A stretch of DNA of 64,000 bases from Bdellovibrionales bacterium (GTDB lineage: Bacteria; Bdellovibrionota; Bdellovibrionia; Bdellovibrionales; JAUICD01): the NCBI GenBank assembly GCA_965262715.1, contig OZ253553.1:960001-1024000 (forward strand), written 5' to 3'. Below the pieces are notes generated by a model. It saw only the letters and a program-made list of their open reading frames with translations, was not told the DNA's origin and searched no databases. The translations under genes and the position numbers were made by a program. The first letter of the stretch is position 1, and each line of letters opens with the position of its first letter. Of the stretch, positions 41,875-52,858 are shown piece after piece.

Positions 41875-42528
41875 ATGGATAAACCTGATTTTACTAAGAG
41901 TATAAAAAAGGAAGAGAAGATATTAGTTTTAGAAGAAATACTTTTATCTGTAAAAAAGGAGTTAGAGTTAAAAGATCATACTAAAGATTGTATACTGGAG
42001 GTGACAGATGAGATACTGACATTTCTTTATAATTACGATCAAGATTTAGATAAAGGGCTTGTAGAAGAAGCATCCAAAAGAGTAGCAAAAAAGTTAGGTG
42101 GAAAAAGTATTATGAAAGAGCTTGCTTCTTTTAAGGACACAGAAAAAAAACGTCAGTTATCAGTTTTAGAAAAAACATTCTCATCACTAAAAAAAGACTT
42201 AAAAAATGAGTCAAAAGAATATGTAATGGAAACAACAGGAATGATACTAACATATTTTTACGATTACAATCCAAGCTTAGATAAGAAGCTTGTAGAACAA
42301 GCTTCCAAGAAAGTAACAAAAAAGTTAGGAGGAGAGGATATTATGGAAGAGCTTGATTTTACTATAGCAGGCGCGTTGCAAAGAGGAATACAGAAAGGTC
42401 GAAAGGAAGAGAGGCAAAATATTATTTTAAAGATGCTTAAAAATAAGGTGAATGTTCAAACAATTATTAAATACACTGGAACTTTAAAAAAAGAAGTGCT
42501 AGAGATTCAAAAACAAGCTAATCTTTAA
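41875..42528 (+). CDS. Rpn-derived protein with no nuclease domain and a duplicated helical module
   Basis: Two copies of the LSVKK(E/D)L...YD..LDK.LVE.ASK.V.KKLGG..IM module, then an Rpn-type tail. Confidence 0.75.
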   Translation: MDKPDFTKSIKKEEKILVLEEILLSVKKELELKDHTKDCILEVTDEILTFLYNYDQDLDKGLVEEASKRVAKKLGGKSIMKELASFKDTEKKRQLSVLEKTFSSLKKDLKNESKEYVMETTGMILTYFYDYNPSLDKKLVEQASKKVTKKLGGEDIMEELDFTIAGALQRGIQKGRKEERQNIILKMLKNKVNVQTIIKYTGTLKKEVLEIQKQANL

Positions 42529-42720
42529 GAAATCTTAAAAAATATCTATTTATCTCAATCCCAAAAAGCATATATGCTATTTATAAACATAAAAACTATC
42601 AAGACATAGCTAACAGATACAGTTTGCTGACCTTGCCAACCTACCAGATTCCTGGGAACTTAAGTTTATTTGTTGTGTGAAAAATAATAACGATTCTTAT
42701 TAAAAAATTAAAAATGTATG

Positions 42721-42816
42721 AAATCCGGATTCGATGTTTGAAATCCGGACAATATCTTGGGTTTTATAATCTAAAACCCACTTTTACCTGCATTTTAACA
42801 TGGCATATATCTTGCT
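42721..42816 (+). promoter_or_regulatory. Sigma-54 promoter module, copy 2
   Basis: aaatccgga at 42721 and 42741; TGGCATATATCTTGCT at 42801-42816. Confidence 0.75.
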
Positions 42817-42876
42817 TATACTTTATCTATAAATACTTTAAGAAGAGCATATAAATAACATGAGGAGTCAGAAATA

Positions 42877-43830
42877 ATGATAAAGAGCAAAGAAAGTTTT
42901 CAAGTTGAGCATGATCAAACTGCTAAACTAGGTCTTAAGCATAAGGATAGGTTTAAAGATTTTTTAAAATTTGGATTGAGTTTTGAAAAATTTCAAGCTC
43001 TTGATTTGGATTGTCTTGAGTTTATTGATACAGAATTTTTACAAAAAGGTTTAAATGAAAAATTTCGATCTTACAGAGCTGATGTGATCGCTAAAGTTGG
43101 CTTAAAAACAGAAGACACAAAAGTTTTTGTAGGTATTATCGTAGAACATAAAAGTCATCATGAATCTGAAAAAAGGCTTTTTCTTCAAGCTTTAAGATAC
43201 AACTTAGCTCTTCTAGAAATAGATCTTTACCCTATTATAACTGTTTTGTTATTTCATGGAAAAGCTCCTTTAAATATATCTCCTAATTTACAAACAGTTT
43301 TTCATTTGAAATCAGAAACTAAGCGTATTTTTGGGACTTCTTCTTTAAGTTTTGGGCTAGATATGATAGATTTAAGAAAGATACCTAAGGAGGATATAAA
43401 AGGTAAGGCAGGTACGGCATCTGCTCTTTGTTATGCTTTAAAAACTTCTTTAGATATGACAGAAAATGATATTAAATCAGTATTTGAATTGTGTAAAAGA
43501 GATAGTAAAGATTCTGCAAGATATCGTGAATATGCTGGTTTTTTAAGTAGATATATGCTACAGAGTACAGAGTACACAAGGTTAGCACTTCATGCAATTG
43601 AACAAAAAATTATTACAAATAAGGAGGATCGGGTTATGCCAAGTACAGCTTCTAAAATATTTAATGAAGGAATAGAGCAGGGAATTGAAAAAGGAGTCGA
43701 ACAAGGGGCTGAGAAAGAGCGTAGAAAGATTGCTTTAAATATGTTAAAAACTGGTGTTGATATTCAAGTGATTCTTGATGCTACAAAGTTAAGCAGGGAA
43801 GAGTTAGAACAGCTTAAAAACAGTTTTTAA
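42877..43830 (+). CDS. Rpn-family nuclease, divergent copy
   Basis: EHDQTAK, YRADVI, IVEHKS, LLFHG, EGIEQGIEKG...IALNML...ATKLSREELEQL. Confidence 0.88.
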   Translation: MIKSKESFQVEHDQTAKLGLKHKDRFKDFLKFGLSFEKFQALDLDCLEFIDTEFLQKGLNEKFRSYRADVIAKVGLKTEDTKVFVGIIVEHKSHHESEKRLFLQALRYNLALLEIDLYPIITVLLFHGKAPLNISPNLQTVFHLKSETKRIFGTSSLSFGLDMIDLRKIPKEDIKGKAGTASALCYALKTSLDMTENDIKSVFELCKRDSKDSARYREYAGFLSRYMLQSTEYTRLALHAIEQKIITNKEDRVMPSTASKIFNEGIEQGIEKGVEQGAEKERRKIALNMLKTGVDIQVILDATKLSREELEQLKNSF

Positions 43831-43942
43831 TTTACTAAACTGTGTAGATAGTCACCAGATAAACAACCTCTAATATTATTTCTTATTTTTTAATGGTTTT
43901 ATTTCTATATGTTACCCATGTCCCTTGTAGTACAAAACTTAA

Positions 43943-44814
43943 GTTTGAGCTATTTTGTAACCTAATCTGTTTCACTAAAAATGCATCTAATTCTGTTTCA
44001 CTAAAAATGAATCCGCCTCTGGCGGTTTTCTGGCAATAAGCCCGACAGTCTTTTGCTGTCGGCAAATAGCTTATTGCCTAGAAAACATATTCATTTTGAG
44101 TAAAGGAGATACTCTTCTTTATTTAACAAAATGTTAAGGAAACTATTTATCATTTTTTATCGCTATGTTTGAGCTATTTTGTAACCTAATCTGTTTCACT
44201 AAAAATGCATCTAATTCTGTTTCACTAAAAATGAATCCGCCTCTGGCGGTTTTCTGGCAATAAGCCCGACAGTCTTTTGCTGTCGGCAAATAGCTTATTG
44301 CCTAGAAAACATATTCATTTTGAGTAAAGGAGATACTCTTCTTTATTTAACAAAATGTTAAGGAAACTATTTATCATTTTTTATCGCTATGTTTGAGCTA
44401 TTTTGTAACCTAATCTGTTTCACTAAAAATGCATCTGACCTCTGGTCACTTTCTGACAGTAAGCCTGAAGATTCACATCTTCAGCAAATAGCTTACTGCC
44501 TAGAAAGCTTGATGCATTTTTACTAGAAGAATATCCTCGTTAATTAACAAAATGTTAAGGAAATCGTTTATTATTTTTTTTATTCACTATGTTTGAGCTA
44601 TTTTGTATCCTAGTTTGTTTCACTAAAAATGCATCTAGCCTCTAGCTACTTTTTGGCAGTAAACCTGAAGATTCACATCTTCAGCAAATAGCTTACTGCC
44701 TAGAAAGCTTGATGCATTTTTACTAGAAGAATATCCTCGTTAATTAACAAAATGTTAAGGAAACTGTTTATCATTTTTTATCGCTATGTTTGAGCTATTT
44801 TGTACCCTAGTTTG
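43943..44814 (+). repeat. Tandem array of four family-A structured elements separated by five ~25-bp direct repeats
   Basis: gtttgagctattttgta(a/t/c)ccta starts at 43943, 44167, 44391, 44591, 44788 (periods 224, 224, 200, 197). Confidence 0.92.
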
Positions 44815-45269
44815 CAGGATATTCTAAAGTCACCAAAAGTCAATGGCTGACATTTTAAACGGTTTGTAAATTCTAAATTCGGCTTAGTCCAGCAGTGATA
44901 GACTCTGAAATCATTAAATGTATTGGTAGATATGATATCTCTGCAAGCTCTTACGGCGTAATTGCTTCTTAGTAACTTACAGTCTTCCTCTCTTTTGCAA
45001 ATACCTAAAAAAGACTCGATAACTCCACCTGTCCTTAAAATTTCCTCATGATTTATATCGTAGTTTTTGTAAATAATCATTTGAAAAGCTTCTGTATCTT
45101 CCTTTAAGCGCATGGATAGGCGAAAGTATTCTATCTGTCTAAACTGCTCTAAGTTAAAATGATCGATAAAGGTGTAGATAACTCCAACACCTACAATCAA
45201 AACCCAGCAATAAACCCAATATTTATATTTTCTAAGTATCCTTAAATACTTTATAAATGGCTTCATCAT
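44784..45269 (-). CDS. Pilin-associated membrane-anchored protein, copy 1
   Basis: One N-terminal TM helix, Cys-rich; nearly identical to 53718-54206; directly downstream of the pilin. Confidence 0.8.
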   Translation of the reverse strand: MMKPFIKYLRILRKYKYWVYCWVLIVGVGVIYTFIDHFNLEQFRQIEYFRLSMRLKEDTEAFQMIIYKNYDINHEEILRTGGVIESFLGICKREEDCKLLRSNYAVRACRDIISTNTFNDFRVYHCWTKPNLEFTNRLKCQPLTFGDFRISCKLGYKIAQT

Positions 45270-45285
45270 AAAACCTCATAAAATA

Positions 45286-45317
45286 AAAGCCATCTAGGTA
45301 GATACTTAGATGGCTTT
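45286..45317 (-). terminator. Hairpin terminator/attenuator after pilin 1
   Basis: aaagccatcta-N10-tagatggcttt followed by a T-rich tail on the - strand. Confidence 0.7.
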
Positions 45318-45364
45318 ATAAAGTGAATTTTTTAAACAAGATTACAAAGTTTTTTAAGATAAAA

Positions 45365-46138
45365 TTATTGAGTTCCATCTTCTTGGTTAAGCATTGTTTT
45401 ATTTTGATCCATAAGCCATACATCAATACCGTCACCGCCTATGTTCCCTATCATCCCTATACTAAAACTCACACTGTTTCTAGCTATATTCCTAAGAAGA
45501 ACCCCTCCATTAACAAGGGTACAAGTTGTAACAGGAGAAGTAGTACTAGCATTACAACTTGCACCCCCACTAGCTAAAGTACATGTACCGCTTCCTGAAG
45601 CAACAAGACAAGAGTTTAAACTACCAAAAGTAAGTGGTGTTGAGCCATTTACTTCATAATCTGCCCCTGCGGCTACTATACAACTACCTATATTACTTCC
45701 ATCTTGAAAAGATGAATGATGGGCTCCAGCACATAAGCTAAAAGTATCTATATCTTGCTCATCTGCTGCTAAAGGACCATTATAACCAGTTAATCTAGTT
45801 GTTTCACTATTAACAATATTACCTACTTCTATTGCAGAAAACCCTGCTAAATAATTTATGACTCCATCAGGAGAAAAGCCAATTTGACGTATATTAGTGG
45901 ACCCAAAGCCCCACTCAGATATAAAGGCTTTTTCAGCAGTAAAGATCCCTGACGCTATTATTTTTGCTTCTGACTGCCTTGCTTTTCTTTGGAAACGTTG
46001 ATAGTTCGGGATGGCAATGGCTGCTAAAATACCAATAATTGCAACAACCACCATTAATTCAACTAATGAAAAACCGCCTTGTCTACCAAAACGACTTCTC
46101 TTATACATCTTATATATTTTAAATCTTGATAATCCCAT
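45365..46138 (-). CDS. Type IV pilin, copy 1
   Basis: Prepilin site [34 protein letters not shown], several Cys; SD AAGGAG. Confidence 0.92.
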   Translation of the reverse strand: MGLSRFKIYKMYKRSRFGRQGGFSLVELMVVVAIIGILAAIAIPNYQRFQRKARQSEAKIIASGIFTAEKAFISEWGFGSTNIRQIGFSPDGVINYLAGFSAIEVGNIVNSETTRLTGYNGPLAADEQDIDTFSLCAGAHHSSFQDGSNIGSCIVAAGADYEVNGSTPLTFGSLNSCLVASGSGTCTLASGGASCNASTTSPVTTCTLVNGGVLLRNIARNSVSFSIGMIGNIGGDGIDVWLMDQNKTMLNQEDGTQ

Positions 46139-47118
46139 TTTTTATCTCCTTTATTATTATTCTTAATAACAATCATGCTTTGTTTTTTTCATCATTCATT
46201 AAGGTTGAAAAGCTTAAGATGGATGTTCAAAAAGTAATGAAATGCTGAGGTACTAAACATGTAAGCACTTATAACTTTAAGTCCAGTTAAAACTAGCCTT
46301 TACACTACTAATGGCTGAATTTTGACTGTGACTTATATATAAAAGTTACAGTATCAAATAGTTAAAATCACTCAACTATTTAACCTTCATTTCGCAAGCA
46401 AAAAAACTAGTCCTTTGTACCTTCCTAGTTTCGTCTTGGTTTAATGAAGATTTATCTTTCTACATATACGCACCCCCTGCTTTCTCTTTATGATTTTGTA
46501 AGAAGCATATTGTCATCTTACCTACTTATTACATGCATATATTTTAAATTGTTACTTATATATTATGCTATGCAGTTATGACTATACCTTCTGACACTAG
46601 TATATCGTAATTTACAAACAATAACTTAATATTTTTACTATAAAAATTAAATAATATAACACATTGAAATTACTTAATTAATTTAAAATTAATTTTACAA
46701 TATTTTATTATTATACACGGTATAATAGTGAAGATGTTCTAAATTGATAAATAACTTGTTTTCAACTGACACATTTTTATTTTTTCTAATACAAGAAAGG
46801 TTTCAGAAAAAAGAAGAGCTTAAAAATTGTTCTATTCTACTACATATATATACTGCATTTGACGCCAGCTAAGTATAAGGATTCATTACTATAATAGAAG
46901 TATAATTAATAAGTTCTTAATTAAGGATATCAAGCTTATTTAGAATTATCTGGAGCTTCACTGATAGAAGTTTATATTTATTTCATTTTCTAATAAAAAA
47001 TTAAAAAGAATTAAAGATAACAAATTCTTATTCTTTTTTTATTTTACTCTATTGACTTATTTAGAGAGAGCATATAGAGGAGTAAAGACAAATAATAAAC
47101 AAATATTGGAGTCTATTA

Positions 47119-47652
47119 ATGAAAATTATTACAGAGTATATCTTTTCATGTGGTAATTGCATTCTTCAAATTTGCTTGTGTGTTCTTATTTACTTACAAT
47201 TAAATCCTATAAGAAACCAAAACACTCTTATAAACGAGCAAATTAACAATGAAAAATGCCACAGAATACAGGACAGATATTATCAAATTTACAGATATTA
47301 TCGAGATGACATAAACAATTTGGGAAGCTCATTTTATGCAAGCATGCTAGAGGGAAAATTAAAAACAGAAATGAAGCGAATAGCAAGCAATACAATAAGG
47401 CATTTTTCTTTTGAAAATGATAACCCATTTCTTATTATTAGAGCACTAGAAAGCGCATTAGCTCACACTTATTCTGATCAGCAAAAAGTGAGTCATTTAA
47501 AAAATCAAAACAAAAGATTTTTAGCTAGTATTGATGTACAAGATAGAGAAAGGATTTTAAAAGAGGTTCTGGGATCACTTAGAGAAGATAATTCTAGATG
47601 GCCCACAGAGGAACAATACACATCATGGATATCTTATCAATCCTGCTTCTAA
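47119..47652 (+). CDS. Hypothetical protein with N-terminal TM segment
   Basis: 177-aa ORF, SD GGAG, hydrophobic N-terminus. Confidence 0.6.
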   Translation: MKIITEYIFSCGNCILQICLCVLIYLQLNPIRNQNTLINEQINNEKCHRIQDRYYQIYRYYRDDINNLGSSFYASMLEGKLKTEMKRIASNTIRHFSFENDNPFLIIRALESALAHTYSDQQKVSHLKNQNKRFLASIDVQDRERILKEVLGSLREDNSRWPTEEQYTSWISYQSCF

Positions 47653-47771
47653 AAAATACATCTTTTTAAAAAACACAATAAATAGAAATTTTATTTATTT
47701 TGTCCTTGACTTTTTGAGAAAAGTCACTGATACTATATTTAGCTCATTTGTCACGTGTAGAAAGAGTTACT

Positions 47772-47804
47772 GGGGACGCTTTAAAAGGTGTCCCTTGTTT
47801 TTTT
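47772..47804 (+). terminator. Intrinsic terminator
   Basis: ggggacgc-tttaaaag-gtgtccct followed by tgttttttt. Confidence 0.7.
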
Positions 47805-48127
47805 GTGAAAGCTTTCCTATTTTTCTTTTTCTTCTCTCTTTGATGTTTTCCAAACACATTCTGCAGGATCGTTCTTTCCATCTTCTGTAACAACAAAAAT
47901 TTCTTTAAAAATATTTTTACTTTGAGAGATATTGTCTACTTTTTGTTGAAACTTCTTTAAACATTCTTTTTTGAGAGCTGAAGAGCGGTCTTGTGGGAGG
48001 ATAAGAAAAGAGTAGTCAAATTTTATGTAAGAGGCAGATAATAAGAATGTTAGTTTTAAATAAATTGAGAAAAAATTCAACCTGCTCACACCTGCTCTCA
48101 TTTATGAAATTAAAATATTTATAAAGC

Positions 48128-48440
48128 TTAAGCAACTTTAGTGCCAGTGGGTTCAACAGTAATCTTGATTTTTAAGTTAAATGCCTTATGTAAATATTTG
48201 TCTATGGTATCTGTGGTAAACTTTCTTCTTTTATTAACAAAATCTGATATATGTTGAATTGAGACCCCTGCTCGATTTGCAAATTCTTGAAGACCCATCG
48301 ATATGATTGTTTCACGCAGAGCCTCTTCTAAACTCATTTTTTCATCATTTATAAGATTCATTATATAAGATTGAGCAAACTCTGTATTTTCAAACTTAGA
48401 AGCTAACAGTTCATTAAAATCTTTATGCTTATTTCCCATA
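48128..48440 (-). CDS. HigA-like HTH antitoxin (start approximate, MGNKHK)
   Basis: MGLQEFANRAGVSIQHISDFV HTH; SD GGAGG before MGNKHK; overlaps the toxin stop. Confidence 0.8.
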
Positions 48441-48749
48441 ATTCCTCCAAATTTCTTTTGCTTTCTCAATATCACGGTTCTGTGTTTTTTTATCTCCGCC
48501 AATAAGTAAGATAATCAAATCTTTTCCATCTTCAGCAAAATAGATCCTATAACCTGGGCCATAAGGTATCTTTATTTCAAAAATTCCATCTTTCAATGTT
48601 CTTATTGATTCTTTAGCTCCACTTTTTGCAATTCTTTGAATAAGTCGTACAACGATAGCTTGAACCGAGTTATCTAATCTATTAAGCCAATCTTCAAAAG
48701 GTGATTTTCCATTTTCTGTTACAAAATACCTAACTTTTTTAATACTCAC
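48429..48749 (-). CDS. RelE/HigB-family toxin, intact
   Basis: GKSPFEDWL, GIFEIKIPYGPGYRIYF, LLIGGDKKTQNRDI. Confidence 0.92.
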   Translation of the reverse strand: MSIKKVRYFVTENGKSPFEDWLNRLDNSVQAIVVRLIQRIAKSGAKESIRTLKDGIFEIKIPYGPGYRIYFAEDGKDLIILLIGGDKKTQNRDIEKAKEIWRNYGK

Positions 48750-48765
48750 TTCATACCTTTTTAGT

Positions 48766-48794
48766 AAACTACCCTACAAAGGGTAGTTTGTCAA
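48766..48794 (-). promoter_or_regulatory. Palindromic operator overlapping the toxin-antitoxin promoter
   Basis: aaactaccct-acaa-agggtagttt perfect 10-bp dyad next to TTGACA on the - strand. Confidence 0.65.
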
Positions 48795-49074
48795 GATTTA
48801 AACAAATATATCATTCTAAATGTTACATGTTACCCCAATTATAAAAAACTTAATATAATAAGCAAGATACATGCCATGTTAAAGTATAAATAAAGAGGGT
48901 TTCATGTACGGAAATTGAGTATTTAATTTTAAATTCATGCACATTACTTAAATTGAATAAACTTATTAAAAATACATATATGAATATCATAAAGCAATAA
49001 TAAATATAAATATAAATTTAAATTTAATGATATTATTTCGTCCTAAAGTCTCCGAAAAGAATATTGAGGTTTAG

Positions 49075-50487
49075 ATGTGTTTCCGATTATTTATAGTTAT
49101 TTTTGCTTTAATTTATAGTGGTTCAATTTATGCAGAAGAACTTCATAAAGCCGTAAGAGAAGGTGATATAAAAGAAGTCCGCAGGCTTATTTCTTCAGGT
49201 ACAAATGTTAATCTAAGAAGTAAAAAAGGACAAACACCTCTTTATTCTACTCTTTCAGGTTCAGAAAAATCATATAACAAAGAAATGATTTTGCTCTTAA
49301 TTGAACTGGGAGCAGATGTAAATGCAAAAAATACAGAAGATAAAACTATCACCATTCCTCCAAATGATGATTTAGGTTTAATAAAAGTGCTGATAGAAAG
49401 TATGGCTGGTTATACTCCTCTACATGCTGCAGCTTCTGCTGCAATTTGGAAAAATCCACCAACTTTTTATGATAAAAAAATTCCATATAAAGAAGGAGAA
49501 ATTATCTCACTTTTGATTAAGCATAAGGCAAATGTGAATGCTAAAAGCAAAAAAGGAGATACCCCTCTCCATAATGCTTCTACAGCAAAAGTTACAGAAA
49601 TATTGATCAAACATGGAGCAAAATTAAATGCTAAAAATCATCGAGGAGAAACACCACTTCATACTGTTATATCAAGTTTCTCTGCAGGGCTAGAAGTTGC
49701 TTTTCTTTTAATTAAAAAAGGGGCAAATGTGAATGCTAAAGACAAAAAAGAAAATACCCCCCTTTATGCTCTTATCGATAAAATATCTCAAGATAAGTCT
49801 GTTTTACGAGATATAAAATATATCGTTACTGAAAAGCCTTATAAGTCTTATTTTGCTGAGCAGTTATCATTAATAACCTCTTTGGTAAAACATGGTGCAG
49901 ATATAAATATTCAAGACAAGTCTGGAGATACCTTTCTTCATAAAGTATCTGTAGTAAAAGTTGCAAATACTTTAATTGAAAATGGAGCAAAGTTAAACAT
50001 CCAAAATCATCATGGAAATACCCCTCTTCACAACAGCATATTAGAAAGATATGGTAACTTAGAAATTGCATTTCTATTGGTTGAAAAAGGAGCTGATGTA
50101 AATACTAAAAATAAAAAGGAGAATACTCCTCTTCATGAACTTGCTCGTATGATGTATATGGAAAACGTATATTCTCATTATACAGATAGTATTTTTTATA
50201 AACAATTTTATAGATCCCATATCATAAAGCAACTTGCTTTAGGGAAATTATTGATGAAAAAAGGAGTAAATGTGAATGCTAAGAATGTAAATGGTAACTC
50301 TCCACTCCATCTTACAAATAATGTAGAACTTGCCTCTTTACTAATAAAACATGGAGCAAAGATAACTGCTAAAAATAAAAAAAAACAAACTCCTTTCGAT
50401 TTAGCCGACATAAGCGAAGATAAAGAAATGACATCTCTTTTAATAAAACATGAAACTAAGTCCTATAATCAAAAGAAAAATCCCTAA
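49075..50487 (+). CDS. Secreted ankyrin-repeat protein
   Basis: Signal peptide and about ten G.TPLH...LI..GA.VNAK repeats. Confidence 0.93.
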   Translation: MCFRLFIVIFALIYSGSIYAEELHKAVREGDIKEVRRLISSGTNVNLRSKKGQTPLYSTLSGSEKSYNKEMILLLIELGADVNAKNTEDKTITIPPNDDLGLIKVLIESMAGYTPLHAAASAAIWKNPPTFYDKKIPYKEGEIISLLIKHKANVNAKSKKGDTPLHNASTAKVTEILIKHGAKLNAKNHRGETPLHTVISSFSAGLEVAFLLIKKGANVNAKDKKENTPLYALIDKISQDKSVLRDIKYIVTEKPYKSYFAEQLSLITSLVKHGADINIQDKSGDTFLHKVSVVKVANTLIENGAKLNIQNHHGNTPLHNSILERYGNLEIAFLLVEKGADVNTKNKKENTPLHELARMMYMENVYSHYTDSIFYKQFYRSHIIKQLALGKLLMKKGVNVNAKNVNGNSPLHLTNNVELASLLIKHGAKITAKNKKKQTPFDLADISEDKEMTSLLIKHETKSYNQKKNP

Positions 50488-51038
50488 CCAAAAATACAAA
50501 CTACTAATAAACTTAGCTTTGTTTTAAAAAATGATTCCTCTTTACTAAAGTAACACTGATTTAAAATAATATACTTTGTGTTTTTTAGAAGCTTATTTCG
50601 AAATGCCCTTGACAAATTTTAAGATTTCTACAAAGTAGGCTTCCTAAAAATATTTATGAATTCAACTAGTTAAGGGTCTAATAAAAGAGGCTTCTTTTGT
50701 TAATAAATACACCATATACAAAACCTCTCGTTGGTTCTCAACGATGAACTCTGGAAATTAAAGCTTATAATACCCAGTTTGACTATAGTATTTTACTTTG
50801 CTTTTTTAAAGCCATCTTGACTTTGCTTTTCATTTGTATTTATAAAGGGGGTAGGTTCATCAATTAGAGGAGGACAATCTTTATAGCATATGACTAAAGA
50901 TTTCTAAGATAATCTCTTGAAGGCTTTATAAATTAAAGTTAAATCTCCAACATTGTAAATTCATTGTAAAAAAAGAAAGGTCAAAAATTGTTAGAATTTG
51001 TAAGATATAATTTTATTAAAATATGAGGTTGTAAACAA

Positions 51039-52232
51039 ATGAATAAATCGTACAAAGTTGTTGCTGTATTAATTATAATAGTTATTTTTTTACCTCTACA
51101 AATATTGGGTTTTTCATTAAACGATCATGAAAGGTTCAGCAAAATTGCAATTAAAGAGTTCTTCAAGTGTGTACAACCCGAAATGTTACACAATTCAAAT
51201 AGGTTAGCTTTAAATAGGTTTACTAATATTATTGTTGATGGGAACTTGCAAGAAGACATACACTATTTGATCAAAATGATGCAATATTCTCATTTTTACA
51301 ATCCATATTTTTATATAAATTTCAGATGGTCATATATTATTGATAGATGCCCTTCTAATTATCGTATTTACCATCTTGAACAAATTTTAGACGCTTATTT
51401 GAAAAGAGACAGACTTGAGATATCTGATTTGTTTTGGGATGACCAATGTCAACCTTCTTCAATATTAACAATGGCAGGATTTACAGAGTCACTTCAAGTA
51501 CCTCTTCTAGACAACCTTCATGTTTTAGATTTTAGATTGTTTTATACAAATAATCGAACTCAAATACCTGAAACATACAGAACTTATTTTAATCAATTAG
51601 GGCATGCCATTCATCATTTACAAGATATGTCTTCACCCACACATGTTGTACCTATATCACATCCTCTTCCTTTTGACTCTCCTACTTCTCATTGGGAGAC
51701 CACCTTTAAGGATGGATTCGAACATAATGATAATAGAATATCTATACTTAATAGGATAGATGCAGAATTTGATGATCAACCTTTAAACGAAATGTGTGCT
51801 TTTAAAGAGTCCACTCCAGAAACATTATTTCATATATTAGATCAATCTGCTAGAAATACATTAAATGCATTGGATCAAGAGTTATCTATTCATGTTTCAA
51901 AATCAGATAACAGATCAGGAAATAGAAGAACTGTTGTGCCAATGACAGTCACTTGGGGAAATTGGTATGACAAGCTTTCAGCATCTAGTACCAATCATAT
52001 TGGGCAATATGGCATCTATCAGGATGCCTTCGAATTGACTGAGTTTCAAATAAGTGACGACCCTCGCACACCTCAAAATGAAGAAGGTTGGATCGTTTAC
52101 GTCAACAAAAGATTTTATGATGACTTTAGATATCAGCAATATAGACAAGTTATTGAAGATACCAAAAAAGCACTGTACTATGCCTACTTGAAAATATTCA
52201 GATTACAACAAGATTCAAATGAAAATAATTAA
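51039..52232 (+). CDS. Secreted zinc-dependent phospholipase C / S1-P1-like protein
   Basis: Signal peptide then FSLNDHE; SHFYNP; LGHAIHHLQDMSSPTHV; DGFE. Confidence 0.65.
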   Translation: MNKSYKVVAVLIIIVIFLPLQILGFSLNDHERFSKIAIKEFFKCVQPEMLHNSNRLALNRFTNIIVDGNLQEDIHYLIKMMQYSHFYNPYFYINFRWSYIIDRCPSNYRIYHLEQILDAYLKRDRLEISDLFWDDQCQPSSILTMAGFTESLQVPLLDNLHVLDFRLFYTNNRTQIPETYRTYFNQLGHAIHHLQDMSSPTHVVPISHPLPFDSPTSHWETTFKDGFEHNDNRISILNRIDAEFDDQPLNEMCAFKESTPETLFHILDQSARNTLNALDQELSIHVSKSDNRSGNRRTVVPMTVTWGNWYDKLSASSTNHIGQYGIYQDAFELTEFQISDDPRTPQNEEGWIVYVNKRFYDDFRYQQYRQVIEDTKKALYYAYLKIFRLQQDSNENN

Positions 52233-52671
52233 GTTATTTTTTCTTCTATAAGTTCAATAAAAAATATCTTTCTGTAGATGCCTTTAAAATACCATTTTTA
52301 CATCTTATTCACTTTACAAATTCAACTTTAGTTTAGCAAAAACTACATAAGTCTTAAGCAATTAAGACCAGGTCAGGTAGTATAAAAATCTAGTTTTTTC
52401 CAGAAAGGGTGACAGCAAAATAGTTAAGTAATTTTAGCTACTTGATACTGTAACTTTTATATATAAGTCACAGTCAAAACTCAGCCATTGGTAGTGTAAG
52501 TGACTGAATCTAACTAAAAGACTTGAAGTTATAAGTGTCTACATGTTTAGTACCTCAGCATTTCATTACTTTTTGAACATCCATCTTAAGCTTTTCAACC
52601 TTAATGAATGATGAAAAAAACAAAGCATGATTGTTATTAAGAATAATAATAAAGGAGATAAAAAATGAGAT

Positions 52672-52839
52672 CTAGTTTCCCTCAAAATAAACCAGCCTCT
52701 AGAGGCGAGCCTCTAGCTGTTTTTGGGCAGTCAGCCTGAAGATTCACATCTTCAAGAAAATGCTGACTACCTCAAAAATCCGTTTATTTTAAGGAAGGAG
52801 ATACTCCTCATTTTTTAACACCATGTTAAGGAAATTATT
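52672..52839 (+). repeat. Family-A element inserted at the pilin 2 start, flanked by a ~25-bp duplication
   Basis: taataaaggagataaaaaatgagat (52647-52671) and taataaaaggagatagaaaatgagat (52840-52865); absent at the paralogous pilin 1 start. Confidence 0.88.
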
Positions 52840-52858
52840 TAATAAAAGGAGATAGAAA

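Noticed and set aside
43883..44065. 60-aa ORF (also 52789-52986)
   Set aside because: Reads through the family-A repeat or antisense to the pilin; no independent coding evidence.
43943..44814. CRISPR array
   Set aside because: The intervening units are 170-200 bp and homologous to each other, the repeat is a gene end, and there are no cas genes in the window.
43943..44814. Integron attC cassette array
   Set aside because: No integron integrase, no ORFs between sites, and the structure is multi-branched rather than one attC hairpin with RYYYAAC/GTTRRRY ends.
47817..48101. 94-aa ORF downstream of the TA pair
   Set aside because: No clear SD or motif; it may be a real or decayed gene but I cannot support it.
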